Below, in pieces: positions 22,335 through 33,217 of a stretch of 64,000 bases of DNA (positions within the stretch are counted from its first letter, which is position 1; each line of letters starts with the position of its first letter). The notes under the pieces are model-generated. The model did no database searches, had not been told where the DNA came from, and was given only the letters and a program-made list of their open reading frames with translations. Source of the stretch: an uncultured Planctomycetota bacterium (GTDB lineage Bacteria; Planctomycetota; Planctomycetia; Isosphaerales; Isosphaeraceae); the NCBI GenBank assembly GCA_963845755.1, contig CAWJTV010000039.1:160001-224000 (forward strand). Reading direction: 5' to 3'. Made by a program: the position numbers and the translations under genes.

Positions 22335-22943
22335 ATGACCGCGCCCTCTGTCGATCCACCGAAGGTCCCGCCGAGCTCGAGCCTGGGGTCCGCCCTGTAT
22401 CGGTTGACGGTCCGTCAGTATGACCGGATGGTCGATGACGGCACGATCGGCGAGGGTGAGCGTGTCGAGTTGATCGAGGGACTGCTCGTGGCCAAGACCG
22501 GCCGGAATCGTCCCAGTATCGTGGCCGGCAACAAGGGGCTGCGGATCCTCTGGCGGATCGTCCCGCCCGGCTGGCACGTGGCCAAGGGTGTCCCGATCGT
22601 CGCCTCGGACTGGAGCAAGCCGGCGGCGGACCTGGCGGTGATCCGCGGGGTGGTCGAGGATTACGACGAGCGGGCGGTGACGGCCCAGGACGTGGCCCTG
22701 GTGGTGGAGATCGCCGATACGCGCGTGCCGGCCGATCGGACGGACCTGACCCGCGTCTTTGCCGCGGCCGGCATCCCGGTCTACTGGATCGTCAACCTGG
22801 CCGAGGGGCAAATCGAGGTCTGGTCCGACCCGCGACGGGAGGGCTATCAATCCCAGCAGGTGCTCGGGCGCGGGCAGGACGTGCCGGTCGTGGTCGCGGG
22901 GGGCGAGGCCAGTTGGATCGCCGTGGCCGACATCCTCCCCTGA
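22335..22943 (+). CDS. Uma2 family (DUF820) endonuclease-fold protein
   Basis: RLTVRQYDRM, RVELIEG, LVVEIAD, AAGIPVYWIVNL. Confidence 0.9.
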   Translation: MTAPSVDPPKVPPSSSLGSALYRLTVRQYDRMVDDGTIGEGERVELIEGLLVAKTGRNRPSIVAGNKGLRILWRIVPPGWHVAKGVPIVASDWSKPAADLAVIRGVVEDYDERAVTAQDVALVVEIADTRVPADRTDLTRVFAAAGIPVYWIVNLAEGQIEVWSDPRREGYQSQQVLGRGQDVPVVVAGGEASWIAVADILP

Positions 22944-23137
22944 CCGGTTGCGTGAGGCGCCCTGGCGAGGCCCCGTTGGGCGCTCGGTGAGCACCGAATT
23001 CCCGCGTCAAATCAATGGGTGCTCACGGAGCACCCTACAACCCCACCGCGGCGGATCGTAGAATCGAGCGAGTTCGACCGGGAGGGACGCCGGCCCGCGG
23101 AGGCTGCGCGGCCGGTCGTGGCGCGAGCGAGAGGCTC

Positions 23138-24622
23138 ATGATGAGCAACAATCTGACGGACCTGGTCGATCGGTTCGCCGGGCGGGAGGTCATCGTCCTC
23201 GGCGAGGCCATGCTCGACGCGTACCTCTCGGGAACCGGCGCGCGGCTCGGTCGCGAGGCGCCCGTGCCGATCGTCACCGTCGACGAGCGCCGCGAAGCGC
23301 CCGGCGGTGCGGCGAACACGGCCGTCAATGTCCACACCCTCGGCGCCCGCGTGCGGTTCCTCTCGGTCGTGGGGGCGGATTCCGAAGGAGACCGGCTCCG
23401 CCGGCTCCTCCAGGGACGGGGGATCGCGACCGACGAGATCCGGGAAGACCCCACGCGGCGGACCCTCGTCAAGACCCGGGTGAGCATGGCATCGCAGCTC
23501 CTCCTCCGGTTCGACGAGGGGACCACAGGACCGGTCGACGCGGTCGTCGAGCAGGGGCTGATCGATCGGTTGGTCGAGCTGTTCCCGCTGAGCGACGCGG
23601 TGGTGATCTCCGACTTCCGATACGGCATCCTGACGCCGCACGTGATCGCCGCACTGGCGCGCCTCCAGCGCGACCACCGGCGGGTGGTCGTCGCCGATTC
23701 GAAGGACCTGGCGGTTTATCGCGAAGTGGGCCTGACGGTCGCGAAGGCGAACTATGAGGAGGCGGTCCGGCTGATCGGGACAGCGTCGATCGATCGCGGC
23801 GGCCCGCGCGTCGAGCGGATGGCCGCCGAGGGCTCGCGGATCCTCGAGGTGACGGGGGCACGGATTGCGGCGGTCACGCTGGACACCGAGGGCGCGCTGG
23901 TCTTCGAGCGCGATCGGCCCCCGTATCGGACGTATTCCCGCGCGGCGCAGCATTCGCGGGCCGCGGGTGCCGGCAACGCGTTCCTCGCCGCGATGGCGCT
24001 GGGCCTGGCGGCCGGCGCCGATACGACGGCCGCCGCGGAGCTCGCCTCGGCTGCCGCCGCGGTCGTCGTCGGCCGGGAAGGGACGGTTTCCTGCTCGGCC
24101 GATGACCTCCGCGACCAGGTCGCCGCCGGCGATAAGCTGGTCTCGAATCGGGCTCGCCTGGCGGAGCTGCGCGATTCTCATCGACGCGCCGGCCGGCGGG
24201 TGGTCTTCACCAACGGGTGCTTCGACATCCTCCATCGCGGCCACATCACCTACCTGAGCCGCGCCAAGGCGCTGGGCGACATCCTGATCGTCGGCGTCAA
24301 CTCGGATGAGGGCATCCGTCGCCTCAAGGGCCCCAGCCGGCCCATCAACACGCTCGAGGATCGGATCCAGGTCCTCGCCGCGTTGAGCTGCATCGACCAC
24401 GTCATCCCCTTCGACGAGGATACGCCCTGCCAGCTCGTCGAGGTCGTACGCCCGGACATCTTCGTCAAAGGGGGCGACTATACCCGCGACCGCTTGCCCG
24501 AAGCCGACCTGGTCGAGTCGGTCGGCGGCGTCGTTCAGATCCTCCCGTTCATCGCCGATCGCTCGACGACCGACATCATCGAGCGGATCCGCCGATCCGG
24601 CCACGACGCGCCGGACGAATGA
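23138..24622 (+). CDS. hldE: Bifunctional heptose 7-phosphate kinase / heptose 1-phosphate adenylyltransferase
   Basis: REAPVP, GGAANTA, VISDF PfkB domain; FTNGCFDILHRGH, GVNSD, VKGGDY, RSTT. Confidence 0.9.
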   Translation: MMSNNLTDLVDRFAGREVIVLGEAMLDAYLSGTGARLGREAPVPIVTVDERREAPGGAANTAVNVHTLGARVRFLSVVGADSEGDRLRRLLQGRGIATDEIREDPTRRTLVKTRVSMASQLLLRFDEGTTGPVDAVVEQGLIDRLVELFPLSDAVVISDFRYGILTPHVIAALARLQRDHRRVVVADSKDLAVYREVGLTVAKANYEEAVRLIGTASIDRGGPRVERMAAEGSRILEVTGARIAAVTLDTEGALVFERDRPPYRTYSRAAQHSRAAGAGNAFLAAMALGLAAGADTTAAAELASAAAAVVVGREGTVSCSADDLRDQVAAGDKLVSNRARLAELRDSHRRAGRRVVFTNGCFDILHRGHITYLSRAKALGDILIVGVNSDEGIRRLKGPSRPINTLEDRIQVLAALSCIDHVIPFDEDTPCQLVEVVRPDIFVKGGDYTRDRLPEADLVESVGGVVQILPFIADRSTTDIIERIRRSGHDAPDE

Positions 24623-24863
24623 CCGAATTTGAGATGCTTGATTCCCAAATGTCGCTGAATCTGGAATTCGGCTGTCGTTCGCCTCACGAGGGATGGTCTC
24701 CCTATCTCCTTGCGGGGAAATTGCTTGTCGTGACGAGGTCCGCGAGTCCAACATTTCGTGACAATTGAGCTTGCCCGCGAATCGAATTCACAACACAATA
24801 AACGTCTGGCATCGGCAACAACCACCCTCAGAGCGAAACCATGTTCAAGGAAGGACATGCTGA

Positions 24864-25482
24864 ATGCGGCGATTGACCACACTCTGGCTCCCGCTCCTAA
24901 TGACTCCTCTGATCGCCCTGAGCTTCGCACGAACGGTCAGGGCGGACCCGATCTCCTACGCGTACTCCTCATCGGGCGATGTCGGCTCCGCGGCGAGCAA
25001 CCCCGTCGGGAACTTCACCCTCAATGCGATCAATGGAAGCCTGCTCGGCCCCGGCTCTCTCGAGCTCGCGACCTTCCAGGCACCGACCGTGCCCACCGGG
25101 GCCACGCTGACGTTCACAAACATGCCTTTTTTTATCAGCGTGGATTTCCACTCGGATTCCCAGAATAGCAACACCTCGGATCTGACCATCCAGGGTGTGA
25201 TCAACGGCAGCATCACGGGAACGACCTCCGCCGATGTCGTGGCGACGGCGACGTCCATCCAGGCCACCGGAATGAATGCGCCTCCCGTTTTCCCTGGGTT
25301 CCTTCAACGTCATGACGCCTCAGACGCTCGCTCCCAGCGGGATCGACGGCGGGATGACCACCCTGATCGGACAGGTGTCAGCCATGGCGGTCCCGGAGCC
25401 GACCGCACTGGCCTTCCTCGGGATTCTCGCCGTGAGCGCCGCTCTCCGATCGGGCATTCGACGGATCCAGCGGCGGAGCTGA
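24864..25482 (+). CDS. PEP-CTERM sorting-domain protein; frameshift near 25290
   Basis: Signal peptide ending VRA-DPI; C-terminal VPEPTALAFLGILAV...RRIQRRS. Confidence 0.85.
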
Positions 25483-25763
25483 CAAGCCGGATCGTGACGC
25501 ATTCCGGGGCCGCTCATCGTCCCCTGAGTCGGCCGAGAGATCGGGTCGTCGGATCGGTGTCGACCGATCCCGGTGCGGATGGCGGTGCACTGGCGATTTC
25601 CCGCCCGCGGCCGGGTGAGCCGACCGGACCAATCCGGCTGAGGCCGTCCTCGCCACGGCGCGCCGTGGCGGGCGCATGCCCGTTTTCGTCTTGTGTCGAC
25701 CACGCGGCCCGGTACACAATCCAGTTGGTTTGGCAATTGCTGAATCCTCGATGAATCGGGCCC

Positions 25764-27863
25764 GTGATGGCGTTCGAGCGATTGGGGAACTCCATGTGCC
25801 ACGCACCGGTAGTTTGCTGCATTCTGGTTGTCGCGTTCACCGCGGTCGTACCCTTTCTGACGACCGGGCGCGGCCTGTACGGAGACCTTCTCTCGGACGA
25901 CGACACCGAGAAGTCGCAGCCGCGGCAATGGGACGACGCGACGCTTCGCGGATGGCTTCGTGATGCGGTCGGTGAAGTGGTCGCGGTACAGGACAAACTT
26001 GCCGACCTGCACCGTTCCACAGCCTTCGACATGCTGGCCAACGCGCAGGCGAGCGTCGGTGATGCGGAAGGTGCGCGGGCCACGCGCGAGTTGGCCGTTA
26101 AGGCAAGTCTCTCGAAGCCAGCCGATGGTTACGAGGGTCTCAAGACCCGAGCCTTCGACCTGGCGCGTGCGAACCAGACGAGCGAGGCCGCGCGCAGCTT
26201 ACCAGGATGCCGTCCGAATCGCGCTCGACGTGAATCAGGTCGATCCGCCGCACGGAAGGCCCTTCAACCTTTACCTCCTCCTGTCAGACGGCCGGTCGTT
26301 AGCCGACATCCTCAATCGGGCCAAGGACCCGGAGGCGGCGCGGCAGGTCCTGCTACAGGCCCGTGCCGCGGCCGAGGACAAGATTCGCGGGAGGGTGGAG
26401 TGGGCCTTCAATCCCATCCGCGAGCAGGTCCGCATGGGCGACATCGCCGGCGCCCGTGCGTCGATTGATGCCGTCGCGCCGCAGATCAACGCGCTGGGCG
26501 ACCCGATCCGTCGCCTCTACGGGCTGAAGGACATGGCGGCCGTGCGCTGGCTGGTGGCCGACAAGGAGACCGCCCGCGCCCTTTGCAAGACAGCCCTCGA
26601 GTTCGGCCGCTCCCTCCCGGGCGACGTCCGCGAACGGTCCTATCCGATGCACCTGCCGATGCTGATGCTCGCGACGGTCGAGGATTACGAGGGCGCATTC
26701 CGCATTATCGGGGAGGTTCCGGAGAGCCTCAGGCTTTGGGCCCTCAGCCAGGTCGTCGAGTCGATCGGCCACAGGGCCGGGGTGGACCGCTACCAGATGG
26801 AGCCGGCGTTCGATTCGGCCATCGATCGCGAGACCGCAAAGAACGCGGCTCCGGACCGCCGCGAAGGTCAACCAGGCGCTCCTGGTCAAGGCGGAACCCG
26901 TCGTCGCGATTGAAGGAGATCGTTACCACAGCGCTGCGACGATCGTGGAGCTTCAGGCGCGGCTGAATGACTTCGAGGGCGCGCGGGCCACCATCGAAGG
27001 GCTCGCCAAGTTGCGCGATAGCAAGGCGGCGAGCGCGCGGGCCAAGGGACTGGTCGAGCTCGCCCTTGCGGAAGCCAAAGCGGGCCGGTGCGACGAGTCC
27101 AACGCCGACTTCCAGGCCGCGCTCGTCGCCGCCGACTCCCTGCCCGAGCGCGGCGAGCAATGGCGCGGCTCTCGCGAACGCCGGACAACGTATCCGCGAG
27201 ACGAGGCCATCAGCGCCGTCGTCGTGTCGCGCGCCGAGCTGGGAGACGTTGATCGGGCGATCGAGACGGCCGGGCGCATCCACGATCCGGTCCGCAAGGC
27301 CGATGCGCTCGCTTCGGCCTCGCGCAAGGAGTCGCGTGAACGACTCGGCTGGGGCGTTGGTTCTGGCCAAGACCCCCGGCCACGGGTTCCCGGCGATCCC
27401 ACGGCTCATCGAAATCGCGGACGACCAGTTTCGTACGGGTGACCTCGCCGCCGCCCGAGCAACCCTGACCTTCGCCTTGAAAGAAGCGACGGACACCATG
27501 GAAAGGCATCCCCAGGACCCGACGATTCCGCCCTACGGGGAGCCACCGTCGCTCAGGGATCGGCCGTTTGCCGAAGGACCTGAACGTGCGGTTCAACAGC
27601 ACGTCAACGCCGAATTCGAGCTGGCGAGGGTCCGAGCAAGGCTGGGTGACATCGCCGGTGCGCAACGAGCGTTCGAGAACGTCCACAACGAGCGCCGGCT
27701 GGTACAACTGCGAGACGAACTCCTGGTTGCCCAGTTCTGGGCCGGCGACGCGCCGGGCGCCTTCGCAATGGCATTCCAGCGCACCTCCCCAGGGGAGCGC
27801 GTGGTTGCCATTCAAGAGCTGTGTCGGGCGATCCGGCGCCTCAAAGAGACGCTACGACCTTGA
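25764..27863 (+). CDS. Exported alpha-helical repeat (TPR-like) protein, several frameshifts
   Basis: Consecutive ORFs with repeated GDxxGARA motifs; N-terminal hydrophobic segment. Confidence 0.6.
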
Positions 27864-27925
27864 AATGCACCGGCGACGCCACCACGGAGCCCGCGGTCCT
27901 CGCCGCCGTGCCGCCAGTTCATCGA

Positions 27926-30469
27926 TCACAGTCCGCCCTTGAGGGGCAGGTCGCCGAGCGCGTCGCCATTGGCCTTGAACCCACCGCCGTCGACGTCCAC
28001 GAAGATCGGGTTCGAGACGGCCACGGGCCGGTCGTTGGCGTGGTCGGGACCCATGACCTCGCCCAGCTTCGACCGTTCGCCGATGGCCGCGACGATCACG
28101 TGCGTATCCCGGTCGAGCGCCAGCGCGATCTCCCGGTCGAACTTCAACGTCGCGGCCGAGAATGGATCGGGCGTAGCACCCCGCAAGAAGTTCAGCGCCT
28201 CGGCCGGCCGGCCGTTGAGGAAGACCTGGACACGATCCACGTCGAACCAGTTGGGGCACTGGACGCGGACCCGCAAGGTTGCCTTCCCGCCTGGGACGGC
28301 CAGGTCATTGCCAGGGATTGCCAGACCTCCCGCGGCATCGGCAGAACGCAGTTCGACTTCCAGGAACGGCCCGCTCGACAGGACCATGTGCCCGCGCTCG
28401 GCGGCGTGGACCACGTCGAGCGTCCGGACCTCGGCAGGATCATCCGTCGGACTCTTCACGTAATTCCGCAGGAAGCCCGACCCGTGGAAGTTGTAGTGCG
28501 CGTCCGTATTGACCACGCCGGGGATGCGCCGGCCGAGATTGAGGAGCTGCAGCCAGTTGACGATCGTGTTATTCCGCGACCGGCCGCGGAACTCCACGGT
28601 CGGTGCGGCGAAGATCGTGTCGAGCGGGTGGACCTCGATGACGTCCATGTGGCCGAACATGCCGCTGAAGCCCGAATCCGGCTTGCCATCGCCATTGCGG
28701 TCATGGAACATCCAGCCGATGTCGGGGTGGTTGACCTGGACGAGTTTTTCGCTGCCGCCGTCCCAGAGAGCCAGCCGCGCGATCTGGATCGCGGGGTCGT
28801 CGTCGGGCGTCGGGCCGCCTCCATTTTGAGTGCGGGGCCGCAAGGCCAGCGGGAAGGCGTTCTGGTGATTCAGCGGTAGGGGTTCGTTGGTCAGTTCGAT
28901 TCCGACGCAGGTCGCCATCCGTCGCTCGGCCCCCAGCCGCTTCAGGTGCGGCTCATAGGTCGAGAGGCGGTTGTGCTCCGTGCAAGGGGCGAACTCGACG
29001 TGCTCGCAAAGGAGGTTCAACACCCGCCCGAGCTGGCTCGAGGTGTTGTCGCCCGACGGGCTGGAATGGCTGTGAAAGTCGGTGCTGATCCATCCCTCCG
29101 TCTTCACCGAGCGGACCAGCTTCGCCTCCAAAGGCGTTTCCTTACCACGCTTCACATCAATTCGCGTGAACACTGCGTCATACTCGGGCCCATAACTGAT
29201 GATCACGTCGTAAGAACCGGGGCCTAGCTCGCGCCGGAAGCGGCCGTCGTGGCTGTAGTAGACGTTGCGGACCGCGATCTCGCCGCTATCGGGCCCGAAG
29301 TCGGGGCTCTCCGTGCCGTCCCGGCCGATGAACTGGACTTTGCACGGGATGGGTCTGCCGGCGGCGTCGGTGATCCGCGCCGCGACCGCCGCGGCCTCGG
29401 GCAGCTCGACGGACAGCGCGTCCGGCGCATCGGGCCCGACCTCGACGGACTTCGTGCCTCGCCCGAGTGCCGAGACGGTCAGCGTTCCGGACGCATCACC
29501 GGCCGTCAGCGTCATCTGACCCGAGTGGTCCGTGCGGCCCCAGGAAACCCGTTGGCCGCCGCGCGCCATCGCGACGTCGGCCCCGACGACCGGCCGGCCC
29601 GCCGTATCTTTCACCGAGAGGCGAACGGGATGGTCAGCCTTCCCGGCCAGCCGGTCGGCGACCCGGCGGACGTCGAAGAGATTGGCTCCGGGAATGATCC
29701 GCCGCGTGAGCCGATAGGACTCGCCGGGCGCCAGCCGGACAACCACCTTGCCATCGTGATTCCGGTAGCGGAGCAGGAGTTGACGCGCGTTGCCACCGAG
29801 GATTTCATGCCCATCGGCGGCCACGCCGTATGCCTGGCCGAAATGCTTGTCATAGGCCCAGAACAGGCTGGCTGGCTGGTCGGGCCCGTGCTCGAAAGTA
29901 CGGTCGGCGCGGATCGCATCGAGTAACTCGGCGTCGAGCGGGGCCCCGCCGCGGTTGGCGAACATCGTGGTCACCATCAGGAAGGGTTGACCGTCCTCGA
30001 GCGTATAGGCCACCTCGACATCCGGCGTCTGATCGCGCGGGGAGGCGACCAGCTTCAGCGTGACCTTCCGAGCCCGGACGAACACGCGGTCCAGCTCGGC
30101 CGTTTCGTAGGTCGTGGGCGCCTCGACTTCGATCCCGGCGAACTTCAGGTCGCGGGAGGATGCCCCGGGGTAGAAGGCCGAAAGCTGGTCGCTCTGGACG
30201 TCGCGGCGCGTCAGGTCGATCAGGCATCCGCCGACGTTGCGGACCGTCATGTTCGCGTTCCGGCCCTGCATCGGGTGCGCGATCACGGCGACGAGCTGGT
30301 CGTTGGCCATCGCGAAGTCGCCGTAGATGCCGTCAACCTCCTTCCCTTGCGGGATGTACCGGTCCCAGGTCTGCGGGGAGAGCGCGACCAGATCGGCGGC
30401 CCTCGTCGGTGCGATCAACACGCACAACAGCAAGGGGACGTAGATTGTCTTGAGGATGATCCGGGTCAT
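27926..30469 (-). CDS. CehA/McbA-family (PHP-type) metallohydrolase, secreted
   Basis: Signal peptide; DFHSHSSPSGD, CTEHN, VNHP, NTDAH, SNPIFVD. Confidence 0.85.
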   Translation of the reverse strand: MTRIILKTIYVPLLLCVLIAPTRAADLVALSPQTWDRYIPQGKEVDGIYGDFAMANDQLVAVIAHPMQGRNANMTVRNVGGCLIDLTRRDVQSDQLSAFYPGASSRDLKFAGIEVEAPTTYETAELDRVFVRARKVTLKLVASPRDQTPDVEVAYTLEDGQPFLMVTTMFANRGGAPLDAELLDAIRADRTFEHGPDQPASLFWAYDKHFGQAYGVAADGHEILGGNARQLLLRYRNHDGKVVVRLAPGESYRLTRRIIPGANLFDVRRVADRLAGKADHPVRLSVKDTAGRPVVGADVAMARGGQRVSWGRTDHSGQMTLTAGDASGTLTVSALGRGTKSVEVGPDAPDALSVELPEAAAVAARITDAAGRPIPCKVQFIGRDGTESPDFGPDSGEIAVRNVYYSHDGRFRRELGPGSYDVIISYGPEYDAVFTRIDVKRGKETPLEAKLVRSVKTEGWISTDFHSHSSPSGDNTSSQLGRVLNLLCEHVEFAPCTEHNRLSTYEPHLKRLGAERRMATCVGIELTNEPLPLNHQNAFPLALRPRTQNGGGPTPDDDPAIQIARLALWDGGSEKLVQVNHPDIGWMFHDRNGDGKPDSGFSGMFGHMDVIEVHPLDTIFAAPTVEFRGRSRNNTIVNWLQLLNLGRRIPGVVNTDAHYNFHGSGFLRNYVKSPTDDPAEVRTLDVVHAAERGHMVLSSGPFLEVELRSADAAGGLAIPGNDLAVPGGKATLRVRVQCPNWFDVDRVQVFLNGRPAEALNFLRGATPDPFSAATLKFDREIALALDRDTHVIVAAIGERSKLGEVMGPDHANDRPVAVSNPIFVDVDGGGFKANGDALGDLPLKGGL

Positions 30470-30506
30470 GAACGGTTCCTCTGGGATGAGTCTGCTGCCG
30501 GGCGGC

Positions 30507-31654
30507 TCATTGCTCAATGCGAAGCTCGTGATGAGAAAGCGTCTCGAAACCGTCGGGGGTGATCAGGTAGTTCCGCTCGAATCGCATGCCGCCCTCTCCC
30601 TCGATATAGAGACCCGGCTCGATGGCGACGACGTCGCCCGCAACGAGGGTATCGGTGCTCTCGGGGACGAAGTAGGGTGGCTCGGGGTGCCCGAGGCCCA
30701 GTCCGTGGCCCGAGTGGGTCGGGAACGCGTGGTCGAGTCCCAGGGACGCGAAATGACCACGGACGGCCGCGTCGACGTCGCGGGCGGCCGTGCCGGGCCT
30801 CAGCCGGCCCTCGCCCGCGCGCATGGCATCCAGACACGCCTCGAACAGCACGCGCTGGCGGGCCGTCGGCCCGCCGCCGACGGCGAACGTGTTGGTGAAA
30901 TCCCCCCGGTATCCATCGACGATCACCGAGAAGTCGAGCAGGAGCAGGTCGCCCGGCTCGATCGTCCGCGACGTCGGCGGCCCGCCCTTCTCGCGCTCGC
31001 ACCGCGGTCCCGAGGCGAAGTCGCCATAGACGATGACCGGCTCGCTTGCCGCCAGGGCGGCGGCTCGATGGACGATCAGGCAGGCGTCCAGCTCGGTCAT
31101 GCCCGGGCGGACCTCCGCCAGGGCCGCGGCCTGGGCCGCCTCGCCGGCGCGCATCGATCGGCGCAGGGTATCGATCTCGTCCGGGTCTTTCGCCCGTCGC
31201 AAGGGGCGGATCAGCGGGCCGATGTCGACCAGCTCGAGGTCCTTGCGAGACGCGCGAAGGCCCTCGACCAGCCCTGCCGGGACGCACGACAGCTCGACGC
31301 CCACTCTCCGCCCCCGAACCTTCGCCAACCGATCCACCGCCGTCGCGACGAGCTGGCCCCGGCGATACGGGGCCGAGTGGTTGCCGTCGTACCAGACGGG
31401 GGCCACCCGTTCCTCGACGATCGCCGTGTCGAGGAACGGCCCAAGCATCGCATCAGCGATCAGGGTCGCGCGCGCCCCGGCTCCAGCAGCAACAACGCCC
31501 CCGACTCGACCGTCCGGAACACGAACGGCGAAGGGACGTAGTTGGCGAAATAAATCAGGTGCGACGGGTCCCCGATCACCAGGGCGTCGCACTCCGACGG
31601 CAACGCCTTCCAGAGCCGCTCCCGACGCGCGGCGCATCCCTCGGCGGTCAACAT
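30507..31654 (-). CDS. M24 Xaa-Pro aminopeptidase family; frameshift near 31490
   Basis: LLDFS...GYRGDFTNT, HSGHGLG, AIEPGLY, GGMRFE. Confidence 0.9.
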
Positions 31655-31674
31655 CGTTTCGAATCTCCTCGTCA

Positions 31675-31750
31675 TTCAATTTTCAGGTTTCGGTTTTCAA
31701 TTTTTATGTTCATTGTGTGAACATTGAATAAAATTAAAAACTGAAACTTT
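31675..31750. repeat. AT-rich heptamer-like inverted repeat tract
   Basis: TTTTCAG/TTTTCAA units mirrored by AAAACTG/AAAATTA. Confidence 0.55.
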
Positions 31751-31779
31751 TTCCTGGCGCCGATCCACGGAGCGCGGGA

Positions 31780-32862
31780 TCATCGCTGCACGCGTGCCGA
31801 GCCGCCTTTGGCCAGCGCCTCGACCTCCTCGAGCCGGGCCATGGTGACGTCACCGGGGAAGGTGGTCAGGAGTGCGCCGTGGGCCCAGCCGAGTCGGAGC
31901 GATTCCTCGGGAGATCGACCGGAGATCAGGCCGTAGATCAACCCGGCGGCGAACCCATCGCCGCCGCCGATGCGGTCGACGACGTCGAGCTCGCAAGTCG
32001 GGCTGACGTAGCGCTGGCCGTCGAGCCACAAGACGGCCGCCCAGTCGTGCCGGTTGGTCGAGTGCACCTCGCGCAAGGTCGTCGCAACGAGCTTGATGTT
32101 GGGATGTTGCTCGACCACCAGGTCGATCAGGCCGAAGAACGCGTCGGGGTCGAGCTTCGACTTGGTGTGGACGTCCGGGCCGGTGATCCCGAGTCCCTTT
32201 TGAAGGTCTTCCTCGTTCCCGATCAGGGCGTCGAGATTGCCGGCGATGGTCTTGATGACCTGTTGGCCCCGCTCGGCACCGCCGACGGACGCCCAGAGCT
32301 TCGCCCGGTAGTTCAGGTCGAACGAGGTGATCGCGCCGGCGGCCTTGGCCGCCTGCATGCCCTCGATGATCAGCGGGGCGGTCGTCTGGGACAGCGATGC
32401 GAAGATCCCGCCGGAGTGGAACCAGCGCACCCCGCGGCCGAAGAGCCCCGCCCAGTCGAAATCGCCCGGCTTGAGCAACGCACCGGCCTCGTTCGACCGG
32501 TTGTAGAAGACCACCGGAGGACGCACTCCCGCGCCCCGGTCGCTATAGACCGTCGCCATGTTCGGCCCGCGCACCCCATCGTGTTCAAACCACTTGTAGT
32601 GCGGGATGACGCCGGTCTCGCGCACTCGTCCCTGGATCAACTCGCCGATCGGGTACTTGACCATCGCCGTCGCGATGCCGGTCCGCAGGCCGAAGCAATC
32701 CGACAGATTCGCCGCGACGTTGTACTCACCGCCGGAGACGTGGATCTCCATCGATCGCGCCTTGCGGAACGGGATGATCCCCGGATCCAGCCGATGGACC
32801 AAGGCTCCGAGGGACAAAAAATCCAGGTCGCACAAATCCTTGCGAATCGCTAAGCCGCTCAT
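31780..32862 (-). CDS. kdgK: PfkB sugar kinase, 2-keto-3-deoxygluconate kinase
   Basis: GGEYNVA, WFHSGGIF, SFDLNYR, GNEED, DRIGGGDGF. Confidence 0.85.
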   Translation of the reverse strand: MSGLAIRKDLCDLDFLSLGALVHRLDPGIIPFRKARSMEIHVSGGEYNVAANLSDCFGLRTGIATAMVKYPIGELIQGRVRETGVIPHYKWFEHDGVRGPNMATVYSDRGAGVRPPVVFYNRSNEAGALLKPGDFDWAGLFGRGVRWFHSGGIFASLSQTTAPLIIEGMQAAKAAGAITSFDLNYRAKLWASVGGAERGQQVIKTIAGNLDALIGNEEDLQKGLGITGPDVHTKSKLDPDAFFGLIDLVVEQHPNIKLVATTLREVHSTNRHDWAAVLWLDGQRYVSPTCELDVVDRIGGGDGFAAGLIYGLISGRSPEESLRLGWAHGALLTTFPGDVTMARLEEVEALAKGGSARVQR

Positions 32863-32888
32863 GGTGATCGCTTCGCTCCAGTGTTCCA

Positions 32889-32982
32889 TGTCCCAAGCCG
32901 ACTGCTTGACGCCAATCTTTCAGGGGCAGATGCCATGTTGATAATGGCCAGTGCTACGTGTCCCAAGCCGACTGTTTGACGC
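32889..32982. repeat. 24-bp direct repeat pair TGTCCCAAGCCGACTGYTTGACGC
   Basis: Copies at 32889-32912 and 32959-32982, one mismatch. Confidence 0.85.
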
Positions 32983-33104
32983 GGCTCGGCCGCAACTCGT
33001 GAGAGAGTACCCGTTCACGAGTCGAGGGTTACAAGCGTACAGAATGGTGCCGAGCCGCGAGCATACTTCGAAGGTGTGTCGGTCGATCCGACTTACGCGC
33101 GTCT

Positions 33105-33202
33105 CCAGAACGACTGCGTTCACCTGGCGGGGCCTCCTGCAAAGACGATGCGCCGCGCAAAACCTGGATGGCGGCCCCGTCAGGTGCAACGCTTGGTTAG
33201 AC
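33105..33202 (-). mobile_element. Integron attC site 1
   Basis: GTCTAAC-CAAGC-GTTGCACCTGAC...CAGGTGAAC-GCAGTC-GTTCTGG; extrahelical-base geometry; 15 bp after the dynamin stop. Confidence 0.9.
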
Positions 33203-33217
33203 CCCATTACCGCCCCT

